DNA of 64,000 nt from Verrucomicrobiota bacterium (lineage in GTDB: Bacteria; Verrucomicrobiota; Verrucomicrobiia; Opitutales; Opitutaceae). This document shows positions 26,659 through 35,506 of this stretch, piece by piece. Where the stretch lies: the NCBI GenBank assembly GCA_028293545.1, contig JAQGOP010000043.1, positions 63,651-127,650 of the forward strand, written 5' to 3'. Numbering within the stretch: position 1 is the first letter of the stretch; each line of letters begins with the position of its first letter. The notes below the pieces were generated by a model. It made no database searches. It saw only the letters and a program-made list of their open reading frames with translations, and had not been told where the DNA came from. Both the position numbers and the translations under genes were made by a program.

Positions 26659-27345
26659 ATGAAAAATTCCAATTTTAAGGACTTGGCCGCACGGTTCGAG
26701 CGCGATGGCTTTGCGATCGCTCCCGATCTCATCACTGCCGAGGAATGCGACAAGTTGAAGATCGAAGCCCGGCGCGTGCTCGATACGAACGGGAGGCCAG
26801 GGGCCTCGGTCCACCTGCACATGGCCGCGACGAGCCCGTTGTTTCGGGACCTGGCAGCGGACGCCCGCGTCGTGGAGACGCTGCAGGCCGTCATGCCTCA
26901 TGGCGTGATGTTTTTGAGCGACAAGATTGTCTACAAGTCCGCCGACAAGAAATTCGCGACGCCGTGGCACATCGACTGTTTCTACTGGCGCAACACGCGG
27001 CCGAAACTGTCGGTGTGGATTCCGCTCGATGACGCGACTGCGGAGAATGGCACGCTTACCGTGGTGCCGGGAAGCCATCGCAAGGACTGGCAGATGGTGA
27101 AGAAGGGCTTGGCGAACGGCGAATTCCACGACGAGATTTCCAACGCCGACTGGCGCGACGGCGACATCGTGACGTGTGCGATCAAGCGCGGGACGGGGAT
27201 TATTTTTTCCGACCGTCTGGTCCACGGCTCCACCACGAACACCGCGGGCAAGGATCGCTACGCGATCATCAGCACCTACCAGGCGCCCGCCGCCGACGAG
27301 CCCTTCGACCTGGATTTTCCCGCGAGGAAGGTTTTGGTCGCGTAG
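26659..27345 (+). CDS. phytanoyl-CoA dioxygenase (PhyH) family Fe(II)/2-oxoglutarate oxygenase
   Basis: TPWHIDCFYW (HxD), VVPGSH and VHGSTTN. Confidence 0.85.
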   Translation: MKNSNFKDLAARFERDGFAIAPDLITAEECDKLKIEARRVLDTNGRPGASVHLHMAATSPLFRDLAADARVVETLQAVMPHGVMFLSDKIVYKSADKKFATPWHIDCFYWRNTRPKLSVWIPLDDATAENGTLTVVPGSHRKDWQMVKKGLANGEFHDEISNADWRDGDIVTCAIKRGTGIIFSDRLVHGSTTNTAGKDRYAIISTYQAPAADEPFDLDFPARKVLVA

Positions 27346-27367
27346 CGCAGGCGGCTCGACTGCTCAG
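27342..27367 (+). repeat. REP-A copy supplying the TAG stop of the PhyH gene
   Basis: GTAGCGCAGGCGGCTCGACTGCTCAG. Confidence 0.85.
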
Positions 27368-27432
27368 AAAAGGTCGCGCAAAACCACCGACCCCGCCGCG
27401 CCGCTCAGCGCGTTAGGGACAACGCGCTCCAC

Positions 27433-28071
27433 CTAAAGCGCCTTCGCCAGTTCATAAAGATCCGCGAATACCCGCTCCGCGTGTTCGGCCGAAAGCTCCT
27501 CGGCACTGTGCGTGCCGGTCGTGACGCACCAGCAGGGAAAGCCCGCGTTTTTCCCCGTTGCGACGTCGAACGGTGAATCGCCGATCAGCATCGCGACGTC
27601 GGCGGTGGCGCCAATCGCGCTGAGCACGTGATCCGAAAAACGCCGGTCGGGTTTCAACCACGGCGTGTCGCCCGCGCCAAACACCCCGCTCAGCACCGGC
27701 CCGAGCCCGAGATGAGTGCAGATCCGGCGGGCCGCTTCCGCATGTTTGTTCGTGTAGACCGCAAGCTTCGTCCCGCGCGCATGCTCGGCCTCGAGCAGTT
27801 CGCGCGCGCCCGGCATCAGCTTCACGTCCTCCAGCAGGATCGAATCGGCGTAGGCGAGGTGAATGCGAATCGCCGCGGGGATCTCGGCCTCGGGTAGAAA
27901 CCGCCGCATCGCGTTTTCGATCCCGCCGCCCACGGCGTTCCGCACTTCGTCCATCGAAGGCGCCGGTTTTCCGAACCGCGGGAGCGTATGCACATAACTG
28001 CGGTGGATCGTGGTGAAGGCGTCGACCAAGGTGCCGTCGAGGTCGATGAGGATGGTCGCGAAGCGCGTCAT
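27433..28071 (-). CDS. HAD-superfamily hydrolase (phosphoglycolate phosphatase-like)
   Basis: Start at ATG 28071; ILIDLDGTLVD (DxDGT), YTNK and GDSPFD. Confidence 0.85.
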   Translation of the reverse strand: MTRFATILIDLDGTLVDAFTTIHRSYVHTLPRFGKPAPSMDEVRNAVGGGIENAMRRFLPEAEIPAAIRIHLAYADSILLEDVKLMPGARELLEAEHARGTKLAVYTNKHAEAARRICTHLGLGPVLSGVFGAGDTPWLKPDRRFSDHVLSAIGATADVAMLIGDSPFDVATGKNAGFPCWCVTTGTHSAEELSAEHAERVFADLYELAKAL

Positions 28072-28267
28072 GGCGGCGTTGTGATTGCGTGGGTCGCACG
28101 ACGAGGCAACACCGGTAATTTTGCCCGGCAAGGGCCGGCATACGTGCGAATGCGTACGGGAGGACGCCCGCCAGGCCCGGCGGCTCCTCGACGGCGGGTT
28201 TCATTCGCCGCTTCGCCCCTGAGATTTGATTTGGCGAAGGTCGGTCTCGCGACTGAACTCACGCCCC

Positions 28268-29395
28268 ATGGCCGCCCGTCCCGAAACCAGCAATGCCCGC
28301 GTCGCGGTGCAGACGAAAGGGGACGCCATGGAGGTTTCGCTCGGCGGCACGTGGCAGATAACGGAGCCGCGCCCTTCCTGGGACGAAATTCGCGGGGTGG
28401 AAAACCCGGCGCGCGTGCGGCTGCACGTCGACGACGTGGGAAAATGGGACAGCTCGATGCTTCTCTTCCTGTTCGGCGCGCAACAGTGGTGCCGCGTCAC
28501 GGGCGCCTACTGCGACACCGAGGCCCTGCCGGAGAAAGTCCAGCTGCTGCTCAACCAGCTTTCCACCTCGCACGAAACGAGCGTGCCGTTCGACCGCTCG
28601 GAAAACTTCCTCATCACCGTCGGGCTCGCGACCCAGGACGTGTGGGTCAAGGGCAAGGCGATCTCCCACTTTGTCGGCGAGTGCGTGCTGAGCGCGGTCC
28701 GCCTGGTGCGCAATCCCGCGAAATTCCGCTGGCGCGACTGCCTGGTCGAAATGCAGCAGTGCGGGGCGATGTCGCTCCCGATCGTCAGCCTCATCAGCTT
28801 CCTGGTCGGCGTGACGCTCGCCTACACCGGCGCCCTCGTGCTGCGCCAATATGGCGGCGACATCTATGTCGCGGACCTGATCGGCCTCGCGATGGTGCGC
28901 GAGATGGGGGCGATGATGACCGGGGTCGTGCTGGCGGGCCGCACCGGCGCCGCCTTTGCCGCGACGCTCGGCAACATGAAGGCCAACGAGGAAATCGACG
29001 CGCTCGAAACGCTCGGGATCCCGGCGGTGAATTTTCTCGTGCTGCCCCGGCTGCTCGCGCTCGGCGTGATGATGCCCCTGCTCGCGCTGTACGCCAATGC
29101 GCTCGGCATCCTCGGCGGCATGGCGGTGGCGCGGGGGCTCCTCTCGATTTCCCCCACGGCATACATGGTGGAAATGCAGACGATCGTGAGCATGGGCGAC
29201 GTGATGGTGGGCGTGATCAAGGCAGTCACGTTCGGCCTCATCGTCGGGCTTGCGGGTTGCCTGCGCGGGCTCCAGGCGGAGCGCAGCGCGGCGGGGGTGG
29301 GCCAGGCCGCGACCTCGGCGGTGGTCACCGCGATCCTGTTCATCATCGTTTCCGACGCGATCTTCGCGGTCGTGTTCAACATCGTCGGACTCTGA
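28268..29395 (+). CDS. MlaE/Ttg2B-family ABC transporter permease with an N-terminal STAS-like extension
   Basis: C-terminal polytopic MlaE-type region (...AMVREMGAMMTG..., ...VSDAIFAVVFN...), immediately followed by an MlaF-like ATPase. Confidence 0.85.
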   Translation: MAARPETSNARVAVQTKGDAMEVSLGGTWQITEPRPSWDEIRGVENPARVRLHVDDVGKWDSSMLLFLFGAQQWCRVTGAYCDTEALPEKVQLLLNQLSTSHETSVPFDRSENFLITVGLATQDVWVKGKAISHFVGECVLSAVRLVRNPAKFRWRDCLVEMQQCGAMSLPIVSLISFLVGVTLAYTGALVLRQYGGDIYVADLIGLAMVREMGAMMTGVVLAGRTGAAFAATLGNMKANEEIDALETLGIPAVNFLVLPRLLALGVMMPLLALYANALGILGGMAVARGLLSISPTAYMVEMQTIVSMGDVMVGVIKAVTFGLIVGLAGCLRGLQAERSAAGVGQAATSAVVTAILFIIVSDAIFAVVFNIVGL

Positions 29396-29400
29396 GCGCC

Positions 29401-30180
29401 ATGGCCGAACCGATTCCCCCGCATCCTGCCACGCCGGCGATCGAGGCGACCCAGCTGACCTGCGGCTATGATGGCAACGTGGTCCTGCAGGACCTGACGT
29501 TCGCCGTGAAGCCGGGGGAAATATTCTTCATCATCGGCGGCTCGGGCTGCGGCAAGAGCACCCTGCTGCGCAACCTCATCGGCATCCAGACCCCGATGAG
29601 CGGGACGGTGAAATTTTTCGGCCAGACTTTTTCCGAACACGACATGGCGGCGCGGCGGGCCCTGCTTAAAACCTTCGGAGTGCTTTACCAGGGCGGCGCG
29701 CTCTGGAGCTCGCTGACGCTGCGGCAGAACGTGGCGCTGCCGCTCGAGGAATACACGGGGCTTTCGCCGAGCGAGATCCAAGAAATCGTCGCCTTGAAAC
29801 TTTCGCAGGTGGGGCTCACGGGGTTCGAGGATTATTACCCGGCGGAAATCAGCGGCGGCATGAAAAAGCGCGCGGGCCTCGCGCGGGCGCTGGCGCTCGA
29901 CCCGGCGATTGTGTTTCTCGATGAGCCTTCGGCCGGCCTCGATCCGATCACGTCGCGCCGGCTGGACGAGCTCGTGCTCCAGATCCGGGAAATGTTCGGG
30001 ACGACGATCGCGGTGGTGTCCCATGAGCTCGCCTCGATCTTCAGCATCGCGGATCGCGTGATCATGCTCGAGCGCGGCGCAAAGGGGATCATCGCGGAAG
30101 GCAAGCCGCGCGACCTCGCCGCGAACAGCCGCGATCCCCGCGTGATCGAGTTCCTGCACCGGGGAGATCTGCCGACATGA
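29401..30180 (+). CDS. MlaF-like ABC transporter ATP-binding protein
   Basis: Walker A GGSGCGKST, signature ISGGMKKRAGLARAL, Walker B IVFLDEPSAGLDP. Only the last 259 codons of the 730-aa track ORF are used. Confidence 0.92.
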   Translation: MAEPIPPHPATPAIEATQLTCGYDGNVVLQDLTFAVKPGEIFFIIGGSGCGKSTLLRNLIGIQTPMSGTVKFFGQTFSEHDMAARRALLKTFGVLYQGGALWSSLTLRQNVALPLEEYTGLSPSEIQEIVALKLSQVGLTGFEDYYPAEISGGMKKRAGLARALALDPAIVFLDEPSAGLDPITSRRLDELVLQIREMFGTTIAVVSHELASIFSIADRVIMLERGAKGIIAEGKPRDLAANSRDPRVIEFLHRGDLPT

Positions 30181-30268
30181 AAGCGGCCGTGGCGGGAACT
30201 TCCAATGCGGGGCGGCCTCCGCTCTATAGGCTTCCCCTCGTTTTTCTAAACGTTATCCCTCTCAAACA

Positions 30269-31267
30269 GTGAAAACCAAGTTCAGCCCCACGGTGATCGG
30301 TGCGTTTGTGCTCGGCGGTTTCGCGCTCATCATCATCGGCCTGCTGTCCTTTGGCGGGGTCAGCTTTTTTTCGAGGCCACAGCGCTTCGTGGTTTATTTC
30401 GACGAATCGATCCACGGCCTGGACCTCGGCTCGCCGGTGAAGCTGCGCGGCGTGCGGGTCGGGCGCGTGGTGGCCCTGAACATCCGGTACGACGGGACGA
30501 AGAACCACTCGGTCGTCGCGGTCGTGTGCGAGTTCAGCAAGAACATGCTCACCGATACCAAGGGCGGGCTGATCGACGTGTCGGAACGCGGTGAGCTGCA
30601 GAACCTCGTGGACCGCGGCCTGCGCGCGCAACTCGGGGTGCTCGGGCTCGCGACGGGGTTGCTGTTCGTCGAACTGGATTTCCTGGACCCGAAGGATTAC
30701 CCGACGGACAACCGCGTCACCGAGATAAAATACACCGTCGTGCCCGCGGTGCCGTCGGCGATCTCCGAGTTCCAGGCGAGTGCGTCGGAAATCCTCGCGA
30801 ATCTCCAGAAGGTCGATTTCGCCGGGATCTCGATGGAGCTGAAGTCGCTGCTCGCGACGACGCGCAGGCAGATCGACGGCGTGGATCTCAAGGGCCTGGT
30901 GACGCAATGGAAGCAGACCGGCGCGGTGGTGGAGGCGACGGCGAACGCGCCGGAGATCAAGCAGACTTTCGCGAACCTCAACGGTGCGATCTCCGACCTG
31001 CGCGGCGTGCTGGCCAAGCTGGACACGCAGGTGATGCCGGCGGGGAAGGAGCTCACGCAGACGCTCGAGCAGGCGAAGCAAACCCTGGCGTCGTTCAATT
31101 TGGCGGCCGCCGACGCGCGCCGCTTCATTGCCGCGCAGGGCGGCCTGGGCGACGACGTCACGAAGACGCTCTCGCAGCTCGGCGAAGCCGCCGATGCCGT
31201 GCAGCGCCTGGCGGATTTCCTCGAGCGCAATCCCAACGCCCTCATCACTGGCAAGAAACGCCACTAA
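30269..31267 (+). CDS. MlaD/MCE-family substrate-binding protein
   Basis: GTG start; N-terminal TM helix; MCE domain VVYFDESIHGLDLGSPVKLRGVRVGRV. Confidence 0.88.
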   Translation: MKTKFSPTVIGAFVLGGFALIIIGLLSFGGVSFFSRPQRFVVYFDESIHGLDLGSPVKLRGVRVGRVVALNIRYDGTKNHSVVAVVCEFSKNMLTDTKGGLIDVSERGELQNLVDRGLRAQLGVLGLATGLLFVELDFLDPKDYPTDNRVTEIKYTVVPAVPSAISEFQASASEILANLQKVDFAGISMELKSLLATTRRQIDGVDLKGLVTQWKQTGAVVEATANAPEIKQTFANLNGAISDLRGVLAKLDTQVMPAGKELTQTLEQAKQTLASFNLAAADARRFIAAQGGLGDDVTKTLSQLGEAADAVQRLADFLERNPNALITGKKRH

Positions 31268-31301
31268 GCGCCTCCCCCTGATTTTAGTCCCGCCCACCAC
31301 G

Positions 31302-31919
31302 ATGAAAACTTTTCCCCGCCAGGCTTGGCTGCTCGCACTCGGATTATCAGGCGTGGCGCTGGTCGGATTTGACGCGGGATGTTCGTTGCCGCAGGCGCAG
31401 GCGGACCTGACGCGTTACTTCGTGTTGAACACCCCGCCCAAATCGAACGCAGCGCCGTCGGAAACGGCGCACTGGCGCGTGGCGCTGCGCGCGGTGGAGG
31501 TGCCGAGTTTCCTCCGGGGGAAAGCGATGCAGGCCCGGCTGGGACGCAACGAGGTCGACTACATGGAGGATTCCCGCTGGGCGGAAAACCTGGAGGCCGG
31601 CATCGGCCGGGTGCTCCGCGAGACCTTGGAAGGCCGCGGTGAAATTTCCCGCGTCGTGACCTCCACCGCCGAGGAGCACGACTTGGAAATCGTCGTTCGG
31701 GTGCTGCGCTGCGAAGGCGACCAGGAAAAAGGCGTGGCGCGGTTCACCGCTGCCGTGGAGATTTATTCGACGGCCCCGGGCCGGGAGCGTCGTGCGAGCG
31801 AGGTGTTTTCGACGGAAGTGCCCGGCTGGGACAAACAGAGTTACGGCCAGCTTGCCGAGAAATTGAGCGAGGCAGTCGACCAGCTCGCGGATCGGATCGC
31901 GGTGCTCGTGGGGAAATAA
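31302..31919 (+). CDS. ABC-type transport auxiliary lipoprotein (PqiC/YmbA, DUF330-like)
   Basis: Lipobox ...GFDAGC after a signal peptide; located directly after the MCE gene. Confidence 0.75.
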   Translation: MKTFPRQAWLLALGLSGVALVGFDAGCSLPQAQADLTRYFVLNTPPKSNAAPSETAHWRVALRAVEVPSFLRGKAMQARLGRNEVDYMEDSRWAENLEAGIGRVLRETLEGRGEISRVVTSTAEEHDLEIVVRVLRCEGDQEKGVARFTAAVEIYSTAPGRERRASEVFSTEVPGWDKQSYGQLAEKLSEAVDQLADRIAVLVGK

Positions 31920-31947
31920 GCCTGGGAAGGGTGGCCGCCTCCGGAGT

Positions 31948-32061
31948 GTTGGCCGCAAAAAAGCGCAAGTTGCCGGGGCTCCGAATCGAAATTTCCGCGC
32001 GCTTATAAGCGCTCTCGAATCTCCTTCGCAGCCTTCGAAACTTGCGCTTTTTTGCGGCCAA
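31948..32061. repeat. REP-D palindromic MITE-like element (about 114 bp)
   Basis: Terminal inverted arms GTTGGCCGCAAAAAAGCGCAAGTT / AACTTGCGCTTTTTTGCGGCCAA around the centre GCGCGCTTATAAGCGC. Confidence 0.9.
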
Positions 32062-32104
32062 AAATTCCGGAGCTCGCTGGCCGGAATTCGACCAGCGGCG
32101 GACT

Positions 32105-32134
32105 CCGGAGCGGGCGGGCCGCCTGCGCTACTTC
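32105..32134 (-). repeat. REP-A copy 10 nt beyond the dapL stop
   Basis: CCGGAGCGGGCGGGCCGCCTGCGCTACTTC. Confidence 0.9.
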
Positions 32135-32143
32135 AGGCTCTCC

Positions 32144-33367
32144 TTATTTCAGCGCGGCGGCGATGCGCGTGAGGGCGTTCTCGACGTTGGCGCGGGAGTT
32201 GAACGCGCTGATGCGCACGTGGCCTTCGCCGCACTTGCCGAAACCGGCGCCGGGGGTGCAGACCACCTGGGCCTTGTTCAGCAACAGGTCGAAAAATTCC
32301 CACGAATCGCGGCCCGTGTTCACCCAAATGTAGGGCGCGTTGTCGCCGCCGACGCACTTGAGGCCGAGGCCGTTGACCGCCTCGCGAATGAGCTTCGCGT
32401 TGCCGAGGTAGAAATCCGTCAACGCCCTGGTCTGTGCCTTGCCGGCGTCGGTGTAGATCGCGGCGGCGGCTTTCTGGATCGGGTAAGCGACGCCGTTGAA
32501 CTTCGTGGTGTGGCGGCGATTCCAGAGCGCATAGACGGAGTGCTCGTTGCCAGCGGCGTCGTAGGCCTTGAGGTTTTTCGGGACGACGGTGAAGGCGCAG
32601 CGCGTGCCCGTGAAGCCGGCGACCTTGGAATAGCTCCGGAACTCGATGGCCACGTCGCGCGCGCCCTCGATCTCATAAATGCTGTGGGGAATCTGGGGGT
32701 CGCGGATGTACGATTCGTACGCGGCGTCGAAGAGGATGATGGCCTTGTTCTTCTTCGCGTACTCAACCCAGGCGGTGAGCTGGGCCTTCGTTGCGACGGC
32801 GCCCGTGGGATTGTTCGGGAAACAGAGGTAGATCAGGTCGGTAGGCGTTGAAGGAATCGCGGGCACGTAGCCGTTCGCCGGGGTCGAATCGAGATAGGTC
32901 ACGCCGGGATAACGGCCGTCGACGTTCACGCCGGTGCGTCCCGCCATCACGTTGGTGTCGACGTACACCGGATAAACCGGGTCGGGAATCGCGAGCCGGA
33001 TATCCGTGGCAAAGATTTCCTGGATGTTGCCGCAGTCGCACTTCGAGCCGTCGGAAATGAAAACCTCGTCCGCCTCGACCTTGCAGCCGCGCGGCGTGAA
33101 TTCGTTCTGCACGACCGCTTCACGCAGGAACGCATAGCCCTGCTCGGGACCGTAGCCCTTGAAGGTTTCGCGCTTCGCCATCTCGTCGGTTGCCGCGTGG
33201 AGCGCCTCGACGCAGACGGGCGGGAGCGGCTCCGTGACGTCGCCGATGCCGAGCCGGATCACGGGTTTCGACGGATTGGCGGCGACATAGGCGCTGACGC
33301 GCTTGGCGATGTCGGCGAAAAGATAGGAGGCTTTGAGCTTGGTGTAGTTTTCGTTGATGCGAATCAT
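32144..33367 (-). CDS. dapL: LL-diaminopimelate aminotransferase
   Basis: [25 protein letters not shown]-terminus and PLP-lysine region [12 protein letters not shown]; 407 aa. Confidence 0.9.
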   Translation of the reverse strand: MIRINENYTKLKASYLFADIAKRVSAYVAANPSKPVIRLGIGDVTEPLPPVCVEALHAATDEMAKRETFKGYGPEQGYAFLREAVVQNEFTPRGCKVEADEVFISDGSKCDCGNIQEIFATDIRLAIPDPVYPVYVDTNVMAGRTGVNVDGRYPGVTYLDSTPANGYVPAIPSTPTDLIYLCFPNNPTGAVATKAQLTAWVEYAKKNKAIILFDAAYESYIRDPQIPHSIYEIEGARDVAIEFRSYSKVAGFTGTRCAFTVVPKNLKAYDAAGNEHSVYALWNRRHTTKFNGVAYPIQKAAAAIYTDAGKAQTRALTDFYLGNAKLIREAVNGLGLKCVGGDNAPYIWVNTGRDSWEFFDLLLNKAQVVCTPGAGFGKCGEGHVRISAFNSRANVENALTRIAAALK

Positions 33368-33625
33368 GGCGGCAAAAGAGGGAAGGGTTCATTGCGAGAA
33401 CGGATGCGCCGAGGCAATCCATCTTTCGGCGCGAACGAACGCGTTGGGCGGCACCGTCCGCGTTCGAACGTAGGCGGAGCCAAAGCCGTTCGGCCGGCTC
33501 AGGATAAACCACCCGCTCTATCTTCGGCTTCGGCGAATCGTCTCTTTCCACTTTCAACTCTCCCTATTCGCCTGCACGTTGGCCGGGTTGAGCGCCAGCT
33601 TCGCGCGAGTCTCCCCTTAGTCCCA

Positions 33626-34468
33626 ATGCAAAAAATCGAGTCGGTGTCGGAAATGCGGTCGGTGGCCGCGCAACTCAAAGTCCAGGGAAAAAGCATCGCC
33701 CTCGTCCCCACGATGGGCGCGCTCCACGCCGGCCAGGAGGCGTTGATCCGCGCCGCGGTGGCCAAGGCGGACGTCGCGATCGTTGCGATCTTCGTGAACC
33801 CGCTCCAATTCGGCCAAAATGAAGTGATCGCGAATTACCCGCGCAGCGCCGAACAGGACCTGGAACTTTGCGAGACATGTGGGGCCGGCATCGTGTTCGC
33901 GCCGTCGGTGGAGGAAATGTACCCGCGCGGTTATTCGACCTACGTGCTCGAGGAGCAGATGAGCCGCGCGCTCTGCGGGCCTTCGCGGACGACGCACTTC
34001 CGGGGCGTGACGACCTTGATGGCGAATTTTTTCAGCATCATGCGGCCGGACTTCGCGTTTTATGGCCAGAAGACCGCCCAGCGCGCGGCCGTGGTTCGCA
34101 AGATGGCCTCCGACCTCCATTTCGGCGTGGAAGTCATTGTCGTGCCTACCGTCCGCGAAGCCGACGGCCTCGCCGCCGGCGTGCGTAATCGCGACTTCAC
34201 GACCAGCGCGCGTTCCGAATCCCTGGCACTCAGCAAGGCGCTGAAAAAAGTGAAGGAGATGTACGAGGCCGGCGTGCGCAGTCCCGATCGCCTGATCGCG
34301 GAGGCCACCCACATCCTCAGCCAGCATCGCCGCGTCCGGATCATCTACATCGCCATCGTCGATTCGATCACGATGGAAACCGCGCGTGAAATCGTCCCCG
34401 GCCGGACCATGCTGGCGATCGCGGCGTGGATCGATGAGATCCGCCTGATCGACAACGTCGTCCTGTAG
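33626..34468 (+). CDS. panC: pantoate--beta-alanine ligase
   Basis: Start at ATG 33626; ALVPTMGALHAGQ and VAIFVNPLQF; 280 aa. Confidence 0.92.
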   Translation: MQKIESVSEMRSVAAQLKVQGKSIALVPTMGALHAGQEALIRAAVAKADVAIVAIFVNPLQFGQNEVIANYPRSAEQDLELCETCGAGIVFAPSVEEMYPRGYSTYVLEEQMSRALCGPSRTTHFRGVTTLMANFFSIMRPDFAFYGQKTAQRAAVVRKMASDLHFGVEVIVVPTVREADGLAAGVRNRDFTTSARSESLALSKALKKVKEMYEAGVRSPDRLIAEATHILSQHRRVRIIYIAIVDSITMETAREIVPGRTMLAIAAWIDEIRLIDNVVL

Positions 34469-34675
34469 ATTTTCGCGCGGCGCGAAACCCTTGTTTCCTG
34501 AATTCCACGGCGCCGGAGGGAGTCCCATTCGAGATGGTTCATCAGTCCAAACCTCGGAGAGGAATTCGGGCGAAAGCCCTGTTTATCCTGCCGGGCAAAC
34601 TGGATTTTCGGGCCACGCGAAAATCTGGGAGAATGTGGTGGAAATCTACCAAAATCTATCATCTGCTTTTCGTTC

Positions 34676-35440
34676 ATGTCCGCCCCGACTGAACTTCTTT
34701 CCCGTCTCGTCGACCTTTCGCACCAGCTCGGCCGGGAGGAGCGCAAGCTCGCGATCCTCGGCGAGGGCAACACGTCGGCGCGCGTTTCCGCGGACACCTT
34801 TTTGGTGAAGGCGAGCGGCTCGAGCCTCGGGACCTTGGGCGCGGCCAATCTCACTGAGTGTCGTTTTGCGACGCTGCTGCCGCCGCTCGACGCACGGGCG
34901 ATGAGCGATGCGGCGGTGGATGAGCAGTTGCTGGCATCGCGGGTCGATTCCTCCGCGAAGAAGCCTTCGGTGGAGGCGATGTTCCATGCGTGGCTCCTGA
35001 CCCTGCCCGGCGTCAATTTTGTCGGCCACACGCATCCCGTCGCCGTGAACGCGATCCTCGCGACGCGGCACTCGCGCGCCTTTGCGACCCGGCGCCTTTG
35101 TCCCGACGAGATCGTCTGCTGCGGCGCCGAGTTCGTGCTCGTGCCTTACGTCGATCCCGGCCTGAAACTCGCGCAGGCGATCCGCCGCGCGGTGACCGCC
35201 TACGTCAAGCGCCTGTCGCGCCCGCCACGCGTGATCCTCCTCGAAAACCACGGGCTCATCGCCTTGGGCGGAACCCCGGAAGCGGTGATGGCGGCGACGT
35301 TGATGGCCGTGAAAGCCGCCGAGGTTTTCTCCGGCGCGATGGCGCTCGGTTCCACGCGTTTCCTTTCGCCGGCCGTGGCGAAGCGGATCGCGGGCCGGCC
35401 CGATGAACACTATCGCGAAAAGATGCTCGGCATCCGTTGA
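34676..35440 (+). CDS. class II aldolase/adducin-family protein
   Basis: ILGEGNTSARV (GNxS motif) and HTHP... metal region; 254 aa. Confidence 0.8.
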   Translation: MSAPTELLSRLVDLSHQLGREERKLAILGEGNTSARVSADTFLVKASGSSLGTLGAANLTECRFATLLPPLDARAMSDAAVDEQLLASRVDSSAKKPSVEAMFHAWLLTLPGVNFVGHTHPVAVNAILATRHSRAFATRRLCPDEIVCCGAEFVLVPYVDPGLKLAQAIRRAVTAYVKRLSRPPRVILLENHGLIALGGTPEAVMAATLMAVKAAEVFSGAMALGSTRFLSPAVAKRIAGRPDEHYREKMLGIR

Positions 35441-35506
35441 TGGTCCCCCTCGGCCGCGACGAAGGCTGGCCAACCGAGAATCCCTCGTCTTCCAAATTTT
35501 ACTCAC

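Noticed and set aside
27988-29400. N-terminal 470 codons of the 730-aa track ORF ending at 30180
   Set aside because: This part overlaps the HAD gene (other strand) and the MlaE gene (other frame). Only the last 259 codons, from ATG 29401, have ABC ATPase motifs.
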